Of a stretch of 64,000 nt of DNA, positions 1 through 10,734 are shown in pieces. The notes under the pieces are model-generated. The model was given only the letters and a program-made list of their open reading frames with translations. It searched no databases and had not been told where the DNA came from. The position numbers and the translations under genes were made by a program. This DNA comes from Guillardia theta CCMP2712 (Eukaryota > Protista > Cryptophyta): contig NW_005434568.1 of NCBI RefSeq assembly GCF_000315625.1, forward strand, positions 144,582 to 208,581, written 5' to 3'. Position 1 is the first letter of the stretch; each line of letters starts with the position of its first letter.

Positions 1-34
1 ACCATCCGTTCCCGTCCAGTCTCAATTTAACTGT

Positions 35-255
35 ATCCGGCCTTCCCCTCTCCGCCCCTCCAACCATCCGGCCTTCCCCTCTCCGCCCCTCCAACCATCC
101 GGCCTTCCCCTCCTCGCCCCTCCAACCATCCGGCCTTCCCCTCCCCGCCACTCCAACCATCCCCTCCCCACCCCTCCAACCACCGGGGCCTTCCTTCTCG
201 CACAGGCTCCCGACGACCATCCCTTCCCCTCCCCGCCCCTCCAACCATCCCACCT
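35..255. repeat. ~31-bp C-rich minisatellite (ATCCGGCCTTCCCCTCTCCGCCCCTCCAACC), about 4 good and several decayed copies
   Basis: Head-to-tail copies are directly visible, with no unique spacers. Confidence 0.9.
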
Positions 256-318
256 CCCAGTTGTTGTTCCTCCCGATGAGTTGCCGCCCAAGATGGGAGT
301 ACCTCAATTGATCAAAAT

Positions 319-350
319 CTCGCAAACGCGTTTGCGAGTCGCAAACGCGT
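319..350. other. Perfect 20-bp palindrome CTCGCAAACGCGTTTGCGAG followed by a repeat of its left arm
   Basis: 319-338 equals its own reverse complement; TCGCAAACGCGT recurs at 339-350. Confidence 0.9.
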
Positions 351-1094
351 GACTTTCTAAAACCAAGTATGGGAATCTCGTTCTTGGACGGTGACTCAAA
401 CAAACAACTCGGGCATGGTATAAGACAAAAAGTAATCGAGAGTCATGTAGATGTTTACATTCTTTACACCAAGGATATCTTCAGACAACTGCAAGCCAAT
501 GTCTTGAGTGGAGTCGTTCAACTTAGCAATACCGTTGAACTTCACTGGCAATTGGAATTTAAACAATGGTGGCTGCAGCTGAGAGGAAAACCAAAGACTC
601 GTTGTCTTGCTGCAGCAGAAGAAGCTCCTTTGAGATTGAATGTGGAGATACAGGATACGTGCAATGCTGTTTTGTTTCTATCTGAGATCGTGCAAACTGA
701 TTGGGCCCAATAAAGGTAGTAGCCATTTCTAAGAACCTCTGTTGTGCAAATGTAATTGAACATACCCTTTCATGATTCACAACTGCGTTTCGCGGCCACG
801 AGGGACTGGTAGTATGGGCCATTGACAATCAGCTTGTGAAGACAGAAACTGCCGCTAACGAGGTTGGATGGCTGATTTTCAGATTTGCCAAGATCTAGCG
901 TTATGGCTAGACTGGAAAAAATATCTGGACCCAAATAGTTCCTATTAAGCCGGCTTACCAAGGCCATTTCAGCTTACAAGCTCATCCGCGCCAAAGATAG
1001 CAAATAAAACTTTTAGGTTAAATTTATGTATTCAAAATCATTTGTAATTCTCTTGCTTTGCCGCGGTTCCACATTGAGGGCCAACTCACCATGC

Positions 1095-2211
1095 TCAGCA
1101 AGTTTCTGGGGACGACTTCATCAACGGCTCATGTTTTCTTTCCTCTCTTCGACGTTTTCCTGAAACAAAAATGGAAATGGTGACTTCAGTTGCCTTCTTA
1201 GGATTGCCAGTTGATAATGTCATTGTTGCACAGTCATAGTCTCCATTGATCGTGACAACAAGCCGTTGTGTTTCCTGTGAAGGTTGAAGATATCAATCCA
1301 CTCTTCGACAAGTTGAAGAAGGCCGAGACCATGAGTCCCACCATCCACTCTTACCTGTGATATTTTTGGCAAATGAACAAAGCAGCCAGCCATGCTATCG
1401 TTTGCACGACAGAATCCTTGGTACTGCGATTTCGTTATACCGTTTGCTGTGAGGGCAACTGCTGCTTCCCGTGGGGTAGCCATCATTTGTCTGACCACAG
1501 GTTTCAGGCAGTTTTGAAGCTCCTTATTCGTGGCAAGTTCATTTTTTAAGAAGAACGTAAGGCTATCGTATTTCGAAGTTTTGCACTTCGGAAGTTCTGC
1601 TTTCGCGGCCCCTCGACCGCTTCCTCTCCCCCGGCAGAGTCTTCCTCATTCTAGCGGTGTAATAGATCAGCAAAATGTCCCCATTTCACTCGAAAATTGG
1701 CCTTGTGTGATGCAAATTGCCGATCTACCTTCTTCGTGACCACATCTAGAAGGTCCGAGGCTCATCAGTGTCACCCTGGATCTTCGTCAGAATCGCTGTT
1801 TTCACTTTTGGATCTTTGATAGCATCGTAACAAGCCGGGTTTGGTTCATCGGAGTCAGGGGAAATAATCGCTTCGCGCATGGCTTCATCCACATGATCAC
1901 TAAAACCTCCATGCTCCTCAGACTCTAGTAAGATTCGAAGCAACAACTCAGGAGATCTACCTGCATCCCAGGTGTTACAAAGATTTGAATTTTACAAATG
2001 ATCTCTTTTCAAACCTATGGCCTTCTCCTTGTTTATAGAGGAAGCCCTCTCGTCTTGCCAGAAACTCCCAGGTGAGTTGATTGAATTCATCATCATCCAG
2101 CCTGGCAGGGTGATGGTTTGCGACGTCTGCACGAACTTCCTTGCAAAAGGTGGGGATGACGGATTTGATAGATTTGGTCCTGACATGATTAATCAATGTT
2201 TCAATGTTCAA
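1095..2211 (-). CDS. Multi-exon hypothetical protein, probably transposon cargo or decayed
   Basis: Minus-strand ORFs 1975-2211, 1746-1946 and 1220-1498 can be joined through GT-AG introns into a protein-like sequence; no recognisable motif; start unclear. Confidence 0.4.
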
Positions 2212-2799
2212 AGTATATTGGTAAATTTCAAGATCCCAGTGACATGTCTCTCAACTAGAGCCGTGGCAACTGGCCTCTGGGAAACATTTAAATCCCTGAA
2301 ATAGGGATGGGTGGGGTGGGATCAGGGGAACAGGGGGGACTACCCTACCCCCTATTTGTCAAAGCACTAGCAGAGAAGGACCCGGTGGCTTCATTCTTGT
2401 ACCAAACAAAGAAACACAGTACACCATGAATTTGAATCAGGTACAAAATACCTTCGAACATTTGTATTGAATTTCTAAGTCTTTTCTACTGTGTTTCCAA
2501 TTTATATTTGTTTTATGATTATCCGTATCCTTCTAAAACGTTTTCGCAGCCTTAAAACATGTCGTCTGTTAAAAGTTTCGAGGGGAGTGGGGTGGTCTTG
2601 AAGGTTACCGCCCATGACAATTCAAATACCCCACCCCCTATTACTAGATGATAATGGGGGTAAAAGGGTGCTTCTGTGCGAGGGCAAGTACCCGTATATG
2701 AGCAGTCAAAAGTACCGGTCATTAAAAGCGCTAATCAGTAAACCTGGAATTTCATATACCGGTGCAGCCCCCTGAATCCCAATATGCGGATTTCGTCAT

Positions 2800-3291
2800 A
2801 TGGAGGATATGTTAGAGGTCCTGATGAGACAGGTGAATGGGAGGGCAGACTGTCAAAGCAGTCCAAGACAGCCTGCACAAGTTGAGCAGAGTGGAGCATT
2901 GCAGGTGAACGGATACAACTGGGGTCGACGCATTCGCCTTCTGCCAGAAGATTTTTTATGGCCAAAGATGTTCGTTGATGTGGCTTACGAGTGGTGGATG
3001 CAAGGAAATGCAGAAAAAGGGTATCCACCATTCAAAAACCTGGAACCGAGTGATTTTGCCGACCAGAATGCAAGGAAACGTTTGAGTGACTTCAGGTATC
3101 TGATGGGCAAAATAGACCAATGTGCACAGGAGAAAGGAGTGTATAAGGAGAACGCAACCATGGAGGAAACCAAGGAAATCTTCAAGCAGTGCGTGGAATG
3201 CTTGAAACTACCGAGGAAAGAAGGGAGGCAACGACGGACCTGGCAGTCTGTAGCGACCTGGTGCAGAGAACAAGACGGATTGCATCGTTGA
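2800..3291 (+). CDS. GCR1_C-like domain resembling the C-terminus of CryptonS tyrosine-recombinase transposon proteins; no recombinase domain present
   Basis: YNWGRRIRLLPEDFLWP..AYEWWMQGN...YPPFKNLEPSDF....RKRLSDFRYLM fits the W-x-G / P-x-x-L / RKRLS pattern of this domain as I recall it. Confidence 0.65.
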   Translation: MEDMLEVLMRQVNGRADCQSSPRQPAQVEQSGALQVNGYNWGRRIRLLPEDFLWPKMFVDVAYEWWMQGNAEKGYPPFKNLEPSDFADQNARKRLSDFRYLMGKIDQCAQEKGVYKENATMEETKEIFKQCVECLKLPRKEGRQRRTWQSVATWCREQDGLHR

Positions 3292-3840
3292 GAACCGGTA
3301 GTTAGACGAATGCGATGATTACAGTGACAGATTTTATAGCAAAACATATGACGTACGCAAGTGCCGATATTCCACAGAAAAAGTGAGTGGTAATGGACGT
3401 GTAGGAATGAAGAACGAAGGTGATGGTGGACTAAGGAGTTAAGGTTGTCGCTTTCCTTGCGATGTGGCAATATATTGATGAGGTTTGAATCGTGAGATTG
3501 TAGTTCAAGATCATTGTGTACATCATACATCCATTGTCATATGGCTAGCTATGATGTAAAGAGGAAAAGAATGCTCTCATCTACTCAGAATCGCTCACAG
3601 CACCGTCTTTCTTCCTCTTCTGAAGCCATTGCGCAAATTTTATGGGAAATTTACTGTGAACTATAAACTTTCATAAATTCATGCCGTTCACTTTTAGCCC
3701 TTTCGTTAATTTCCACTCTTCTTTTCGAGAAGCTTTTTTTTTGGGGTGGCGTGTGAATTCAAACAAGTTTTCAACGGCAGCAAGAGATACCTCCAAAGAG
3801 TACCAGTGCAGTTTAGTTATCATTTCTGCTAGGCCTTTAC

Positions 3841-6800
3841 ATGTATCCTGAGTTACAGATGGACACATTCCTCAAAGGATCGGTGACGTCACAGGAGGAA
3901 TTGGATGAACTTCTGCTTCCGATTCAGAATGCAATGAATCGATATCGGACAGGATTGGGCATGTGTTTGTTCCCGCTGATACGAGAGTTTCCACTCGATC
4001 AACTCGGTAATTTTGGTGGTGAGTTTCATACTGTATGGGAAAAGAACAAGAGTGTGAATGTGGATGGCGAGTTGACGGAGGAATGGAAAAGGCAGGTCGT
4101 TTTGCTTTTCCTGAATGCCAAATTTTGTTGGAGGAAGAGCGGGCAGATTCGAGATTATGTGGAGCAGTTGCAAAATTTGTCCAAGACGGTGTCGGATCAG
4201 TATGGTAGTCCTGTTGATGAAGGGGATTCCGGCAATCCAGTGAGTGCTTCTGGCAAGAAGAAAAAGAAGGGGGTAAGCCGAAGGGATTCTGATGGCAAGG
4301 AGATGGATGCCGCGATGATTAACGCGTTATATGAAGACGTTGAATATTTTCTCCTGGAGCTTGGCCAATACTTTCGATCCTATCTGAAGCCATTATTTCC
4401 TGTTCCATGGGCTATGTCAGGAGGATTCAAGTCCAAGTTGGCTCCGATCAAAGCTCTGGCGTATATGATATGGGAAGTCAGAAAGCGCAGTGGGAATCTC
4501 AATGCCACTCCGGATAAAACGCGGATGGAGCTTCTGACGCTGGCAAAGTCGAAATTGCCTGACATATCTACCTTCCACAGCGTTATGGTCCAGATGAAGA
4601 TCCTGCTTAACAAGTTGGAAGATGTAGCGGGAGAGGAATCAGTGAAAGCCTTGGAAATGATTTTGGTGGAGGAGCTGATCAAGCAATGTTATGTTTCAGA
4701 TTGTATTGATATTCGAGATGTCGCGCGCTTGAATAAGCGGTCCAAGTTGTCAACCGAATTGACTTGGGAGGAGGTGTACTCTTGGGCTGTGAATTTGCAT
4801 GATGAACAGGTATTTTTTACTGCTGGGGGTGAGAAAACACAGTCGGGCACTGCGTCAGTTAATGTGGCAGCCTCGGAGGTGCAAGCTACGGTTAGTCAAC
4901 CGAATGCAGACAAGGCGTCTGAAAGTGGAGGACAGGGTGGTAAGGAAAAGGGAGACTCGAGAGGCAGCAATGAGTCGCCGCCTGTGGATAATGCATCTGG
5001 CAGTCAGGAGGATGGAAGCACGTTGGACGCGAGGGAGAGTACGCGAGGCCGAGGTGAGCATCCGGGTCAGGGAATGCGGCGCAGGGGCGCCTACCATGTT
5101 GATGGGTCTCGTGGCGGCTACGGTCGTGGAGGCTCCGCTGGTGCTGGATCGAATGATTTTCGAAATCACCAAGGAAGAGTCGGTGGTTTTCAAGGGAATA
5201 ATTTTCGGGGAAGAGGCTCAGGATTTCGAGGTCATCATCAGCAGCGGGGGAAGCCGTATGATCGTCCGGCTGGTAGAGGGATGCGCGGACGAGGTAGAGG
5301 GGAGCATTGGACGACGCATAACTACAATCCACGCAGAGGCGAGTCTGATGGTTTCTCAAGAGGTGATCGTTCGGGAGGACATCATGAGCGGCGAAACAAT
5401 GTGCATGAATTTTCTCCTCAGGCTCTCGGCGAGGCTGTACTGCGGTTGGCCAGGGAAATCCAGGGGGGAAGGAGGTCAGGTGCAGACGGTGAGCAGCCGG
5501 TTGGACCATGGCAGGAGACGTTTGAGCCTAACCATCGGGGACGTGGCCGTAGTCCGGTGTCGGACAATCCTTTTGAGAGGACGGTACAGCAAAATGTTTC
5601 AGAAAGCAATGCTCAGGCAGGTCGCCGTCAGGCGGAATGGCGATCCTTCTTTGCGTTTCAGTTTGGCATTGATTCAACGATGTCGATGACTGATATTCAA
5701 GGAATGGCAATGCAGAGTATGGTGGGAGACGGTGACGGAAGGGTTGTCAATTTTTTGCTTGATTCGGGTGCAAATGTTACCATGGTTGGGGACGAATCCC
5801 TCCTCTCAGACGTACAATCGGGAGACGATTTCTTTGTCATGACGGCAGGAGGAAAGATTAATTGTACCAAGTATGGCAAGCTAAATTTGCAAATTGTCGG
5901 TGCAGATGGTGAGTCGGACAATATAGTATTGGAGAATGTTCGAGTTTGTCCTGTCCTTCCTGTACCACTTGTGAGTCTGGATGATTTTCTGGGATCCAAG
6001 TATTACATTGTTGGACGGGGGTCGAAGAACACGGTCAAATCCTATGTGGCTTCGGAGGATGGCAAGATCAGGATTCCTCTGATTCAGCGGGACAAGTTGT
6101 ATCTGTTGACAACCAGAGGTCCGATGCATGATTCTGTGGCAGGTGATGTGCCAATCTTTTGTGTTTCAGCGGAGGCTGGAACAGTTTGTTTGACTAAAGC
6201 ACATGTCACTCCTGGACCTTCTTTCGATGGGAAGTCAACACAGAGTCTATCTGATGCGGTTCTGTGGCACATGAAAACGGGGCACCCTGATTGTCGAGTA
6301 CAGAAGTTGCTTGCGGATACGGTCAAATACATTACATTCAATAGGCGGTTGATTCATTCTCCGTGTCACGTGTGTAGGATTTCGAAATTTGTGTCAAGCC
6401 CTGTTCACAAACAAACCTCATTTCGACAGGAACGTGTTGGAGATGTAAATGCTCTGTGGTATGTAGACTTGAAAGATATGATTGCAGTCTCTGAACCATC
6501 GGGTTATCGTTACTTTCTTATAGTTGTCGACGCTTTTTCCGGATACCTGATTGTGCGTCCCATGACGTCCAAGGGTCAAACGAGTGATATTCTGATGGAG
6601 TTACTTCGACAGGAGGAGAAAAGTGTCAAGAGAAACGGAGTTCAACGCATCATATCTGATAACGGCAGTGAGTTTTCTTCTTCAGAGTTGGAGGCATTCG
6701 TTCGTGAGACGGGTTTGAAGTGGGATCGGATTCCTGATTACAGTCAAGTTTACAATTCGCTGGCTGAGAGAGGAATTCGAGCAGTCAGTACTATCCACAG

Positions 6801-7512
6801 AACTTTGCTCAAACAGAGTGCTTTGCCTATCGAGAAATGGGAATTTTCTGTTATGCAGGCTACGTACCTGTACAATGCTCTCCCGAGTTTCAGGAATTTC
6901 GGCAATCTTTCTCCGTATACAATCTATAATGGAGATGTTTTCGACTTCAAATCTCTCAAGACCTTTGGGTGTATGACATTCTTCAAGAATAATGTACGCA
7001 GTTCGAAGATTGAAGATCCAGCTAAACAGGGCATTATGCTCGGAAATGCAAACGCTTTTCCTGGGCATACGATTGGCTACTTGGTATGGTGTGTTGACGA
7101 CAACAAAATCTGTCACACGAATAATCTGACCTGTGATGAATTCTTCTTTCCATTTCGACGTGCGGGACGGATGAATTGGCAAGAGGATCCTGAAGTGGTG
7201 GTAAAGCACGATATTGACATGGAGGATGATTCGCCTGTCAAGGGTGTTGAAGATGAACGGTCAGAGGCAGTGAATGCTCGGACTAGTGGTCGTCGAAAGA
7301 GAACACGGTTGGAGGATCATTCACTGGAGTCGGATGATGAGGGAGTAAGGGCTGCTGAGATGGTGTGCCAGGACAGCGATGAAGATTATGTGCCTACAGT
7401 GATGGTTGACGGTGGCCGAGAGGATGCGGATCATACGGATACAGAGGCAGCGTCGTCGACCAAAACATGTCGTACCAGACGAGACTTTCGTACATTCCAT
7501 GGTATTTTCTAA
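3841..7512 (+). CDS. Copia Gag, aspartic protease and integrase; ORF terminates inside the inserted element
   Basis: Protease FLLDSGANVTM; HHCC LWHMKTGH...CHVC; integrase WYVDL...IISDNGSEF...LAERGIR; FGC...KIEDPAKQGIMLG...GYLVW. Confidence 0.95.
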   Translation: MYPELQMDTFLKGSVTSQEELDELLLPIQNAMNRYRTGLGMCLFPLIREFPLDQLGNFGGEFHTVWEKNKSVNVDGELTEEWKRQVVLLFLNAKFCWRKSGQIRDYVEQLQNLSKTVSDQYGSPVDEGDSGNPVSASGKKKKKGVSRRDSDGKEMDAAMINALYEDVEYFLLELGQYFRSYLKPLFPVPWAMSGGFKSKLAPIKALAYMIWEVRKRSGNLNATPDKTRMELLTLAKSKLPDISTFHSVMVQMKILLNKLEDVAGEESVKALEMILVEELIKQCYVSDCIDIRDVARLNKRSKLSTELTWEEVYSWAVNLHDEQVFFTAGGEKTQSGTASVNVAASEVQATVSQPNADKASESGGQGGKEKGDSRGSNESPPVDNASGSQEDGSTLDARESTRGRGEHPGQGMRRRGAYHVDGSRGGYGRGGSAGAGSNDFRNHQGRVGGFQGNNFRGRGSGFRGHHQQRGKPYDRPAGRGMRGRGRGEHWTTHNYNPRRGESDGFSRGDRSGGHHERRNNVHEFSPQALGEAVLRLAREIQGGRRSGADGEQPVGPWQETFEPNHRGRGRSPVSDNPFERTVQQNVSESNAQAGRRQAEWRSFFAFQFGIDSTMSMTDIQGMAMQSMVGDGDGRVVNFLLDSGANVTMVGDESLLSDVQSGDDFFVMTAGGKINCTKYGKLNLQIVGADGESDNIVLENVRVCPVLPVPLVSLDDFLGSKYYIVGRGSKNTVKSYVASEDGKIRIPLIQRDKLYLLTTRGPMHDSVAGDVPIFCVSAEAGTVCLTKAHVTPGPSFDGKSTQSLSDAVLWHMKTGHPDCRVQKLLADTVKYITFNRRLIHSPCHVCRISKFVSSPVHKQTSFRQERVGDVNALWYVDLKDMIAVSEPSGYRYFLIVVDAFSGYLIVRPMTSKGQTSDILMELLRQEEKSVKRNGVQRIISDNGSEFSSSELEAFVRETGLKWDRIPDYSQVYNSLAERGIRAVSTIHRTLLKQSALPIEKWEFSVMQATYLYNALPSFRNFGNLSPYTIYNGDVFDFKSLKTFGCMTFFKNNVRSSKIEDPAKQGIMLGNANAFPGHTIGYLVWCVDDNKICHTNNLTCDEFFFPFRRAGRMNWQEDPEVVVKHDIDMEDDSPVKGVEDERSEAVNARTSGRRKRTRLEDHSLESDDEGVRAAEMVCQDSDEDYVPTVMVDGGREDADHTDTEAASSTKTCRTRRDFRTFHGIF

Positions 7513-10110
7513 TGCCCAATTATAAATTTATATCCTTTTAACAAACACTTGTACCTGTTAATTTGATCATAAGCATACAGTTTTTAGTCAATTTTGTACC
7601 AGAATGATTTGTACCACTCAGTACTCTTTTATATTCGTTTTAAGCATTTGAGTTCCGGCTTACACGCCTCTTGGCTGCTCTCTGCCCTGTGTACCGGTAT
7701 GTTTGTCTAATATGGAGGGGGTAGGGTTATTCGTATATTTCGATACACGCTCATGAAATCTTATTAGTGTCAGCCATTGACGAGTGTAGTAAATCTAGCC
7801 AATAAGTATTTTTGTTTTCAAATCAAGGAGTCGTATGCCAGCTAGCAACGGCAATCTTTTTTTTCTACACCGGTTGTTTTATATGGATACCTACCCTATG
7901 TCTATAGGGTGCCACCGAAACACAGGTCCCCTTGCCCCCGATCAAAGAGCAATTAGTTTTCATTAAAAATCCTGAGATCTCCATTGCAAGTATCCCTCCC
8001 CTCCTCCTTCCATGCTCTTCTCCCTCCCTCCCTCCCCCCCTGCTCGCCTCCCTTCCTCCCTGCTCCCTCCCTCCCCCCTGCTCCCCTCCCTCCCCGTTGC
8101 TTCCCTTTCCCTTGCGCTCCAGTTATAGACACCAAACAAATGAATCTTCACCGTCGTGTATCAGCAACAAATGGAATTCAGAGAAGGCGAAGGCAGGAAG
8201 ATTTCGATACATTCTTGGAGCAGGAAGAGACTTGTGATGAGTCAAAGACACCTGAAGATTTGAAGCTCGAATGATCCTGCATACGTCAGTTGATGATCGA
8301 GACTTGCCCAGGATGTACTGGAAAAAGCCAGGCAGTAATTTGAATATCATACTTGAGCCTGGCACAGGGGTTCAATATCAGTGTGAAGATCACAGGGGCG
8401 TTGAAGTGAATCGACTGGGCATGATCAAATCGCTGCACTCAGATGCACAGGTTGTCGAAGTGTACATCATGTACAATCGAGTCCTCTTGGAACATGTAGA
8501 CGAAACCATTATAACTAATCGAGTGCCCTGTGTGGCCCTGAAAAGAATTTTGAACAAAGGTGGAAACCGTGATTGTTATCAATCAATTTACAAGGATACG
8601 GATGAAATAAATGCTATACCAAAAATGTTTTTCTTCAGCTTTCCTTGCATGTTGGAGCATGCCAACGATGATCTCCACGATAATTTCAGAGTGCATGGGT
8701 ATATATTTTTTCATGAAGACGACATCGAAAATAATAAATACTGTGAAATCTCTCACTTCTCGATTGCAAACCCGGCACCACTCGTTGAAAAGATGGCGCA
8801 AACAACTTTCTGTTCAGTGGCGGAGTACAATCGGATTTGTCGAGATATGACCGAGGTCAAAAAGATGTTCAATCAGTGGTTGAAGTCAAAGAGTGAGACC
8901 TTTGAGAAGAATTTTTGTTTGTTGTTTTCCATTGATTTTCGTTGCTTTCGATTGCTTTACAATTTTTGTTTGTTGTTTTCCATCGCTTTACGTGTGACAT
9001 GCTCGTCACAAGCCATGTTTATGAACTCCGAAAACCTCAGCATCTTTTCGCTGCCTGTTTCACAACCTCGGAATCATCGCCGTCTTTGTCCAAACCTACA
9101 TCCGCAAGATGCTCCTATTCGCTTGGGCACCCGCTTGTCTCCATGCTTCTCTTCCCCACAACTGATAAAAACATTACATTCGCAGGAATGATATTCAATG
9201 GAGACTCTACCTTATGTCTTAGCTCGCTGGTTCTGATACTGAGAAGTCCTGAGGGAAGTTCATTCACATCCGGCATTCATGGCGTTGAATAGTTCATCGA
9301 TCTTACACCTGCGATCTATTTGCAATCAAGTTGCCTACACGACTGACATGCCTTATGCTTATGTGCTTGGTTGACACAGAGAGGAGGAAGTATGGGTCTT
9401 GTAGAATGCCAACCAAAACAACAATAAATTGCCTAATCAGAGAGATCCTTTACGAGAAACAATCTTGACACCAAACAACTCTACAGTCAGAGATGTGCTC
9501 GAAGCTCAATCATACGAAAGAGGGTTGTGGATGCTTGATCACCAAAAACGAGCAATTCTCCATCTTACAATGAGCATCAAAAGGATTCGAAAACAGCCCT
9601 AGGCCCTGGAATCCATGGCGATGCTGATTCCTACAGCTTCCTTTGAAAAACAAGCTCGAGCTGTTTGAAATGTCGTCTTGCAGTATGCCGCAAAAAGTAC
9701 AAACATTCACACATGATCCAACCTTGGATGGCCTGGAGCTTGAATACGATGAAAGAGCCATTGGCTGAGAGCCATCTTGGATTCAAACAAACGCCGCCTG
9801 CGCCGGCGGGTGGGGATGCAGCAATGGGGGAAGGGTAGGGCAGGCGATTTGGTTGTATATGCACCCCCCAGGCGTGTAAAAGCGTGTAAGGTCAAAAATA
9901 GTTTTAATGTTTGAAACCTTGTTGTTTGGAGGAAGCAAGAATACTTGTAAACCTAAAACTGCTCGACACGGTCCCCGATTCAAACATACTTTCAACCATT
10001 ATCGAAGTTTCTGGTACAAATTTTCGGTGCGCCGACCATTCAAAAATCCTGGGCTGAGGTACCCCGCTCGAAAATGATCAAAAGCGAGCATTAGAAAATA
10101 CCATGGAATG
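7493..10110. mobile_element. 2.6-kb element with inverted ends nested in the Copia pol; superfamily unresolved
   Basis: CATTCCATGGTATTTTCTAATGC (7493-7515) is the exact reverse complement of 10088-10110; subterminal inverted pair TTTGTACCAGAA (7593-7604 and 10009-10020); removing it restores the Copia frame. Confidence 0.9.
8139..9603 (+). pseudogene. Decayed or frameshifted unknown gene inside the nested element (main ORF 8271-9191)
   Basis: 306-aa ORF flanked by out-of-frame coding-like segments; internal duplication of AATTTTTGTTTGTTGTTTTCCAT at about 8910 and 8961; no DDE or tyrosine-recombinase motif recognised. Confidence 0.5.
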
Positions 10111-10734
10111 AAGCAGAGACGGGATGCCGAAAACCGCTTCATCAACAGGCGGGCTGAAGTTGTAATGGATGATGGGAAGGTTCGAACGGGGACGATTACT
10201 CAAGTTGTCTTCAAAGATGATACATTCTTGGTGCGTGTTACGTTTGACGACAAGTACTGGATATTAATCCATCCGGACAGTGAGAACGTACGGATTTTGT
10301 CTATGGGGAAGGAAGTTACCATGATTGCTATGTCGGAGGCAGAGACATCTGAGTTGTTGCCTGGGGATGAGCTACAATCAGGAGTTTTGCCGAAGAATGT
10401 CTTCGAGTTGACTGGGTGTAACGATTATTACTTTCGAGCGTTTCCTCAAAAGGGGGATAACATCCTTTCGCAGCTGGTGGAAAAGACAGTTCGAGGAAAT
10501 CCCGATGTCTTTCTTATGCACAGGAAGTCTCCTCTGTCATCTCAGCTGGTACCTGGAAAGGTGCTCAACGGCGATGGAAAAGAGGTACTGTTCGTATTGG
10601 ACGAGGGTAATCGTTCGACTACTTCTCAGCACTCTGCACGATGGATACCATTGAGACGGGAACGGTGGAATGATGTGGTTCCACTCATGGAGCCAGGGGA
10701 TGACATTGTATTGATCTTGGTACAAGTGAGTTGA
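10108..10734 (+). CDS. Continuation of Copia pol between integrase and RT, with two Tudor-like segments
   Basis: Same frame as 3841-7512 once the insert is removed; FINRRAEVVMDDGKVRTGTITQVVFKDDTFLVRVTFDDKYWILIHPDSENVRIL. Confidence 0.75.
   Translation: MKQRRDAENRFINRRAEVVMDDGKVRTGTITQVVFKDDTFLVRVTFDDKYWILIHPDSENVRILSMGKEVTMIAMSEAETSELLPGDELQSGVLPKNVFELTGCNDYYFRAFPQKGDNILSQLVEKTVRGNPDVFLMHRKSPLSSQLVPGKVLNGDGKEVLFVLDEGNRSTTSQHSARWIPLRRERWNDVVPLMEPGDDIVLILVQVS

Noticed and set aside
35-255. CRISPR-like array
   Set aside because: Repeats are contiguous with no unique spacers, there are no cas genes, and the context is eukaryotic
319-360. Helitron 3' end (hairpin plus CTRR)
   Set aside because: CTAA is followed by A rather than T, the spacing is atypical, and no Rep/helicase is visible
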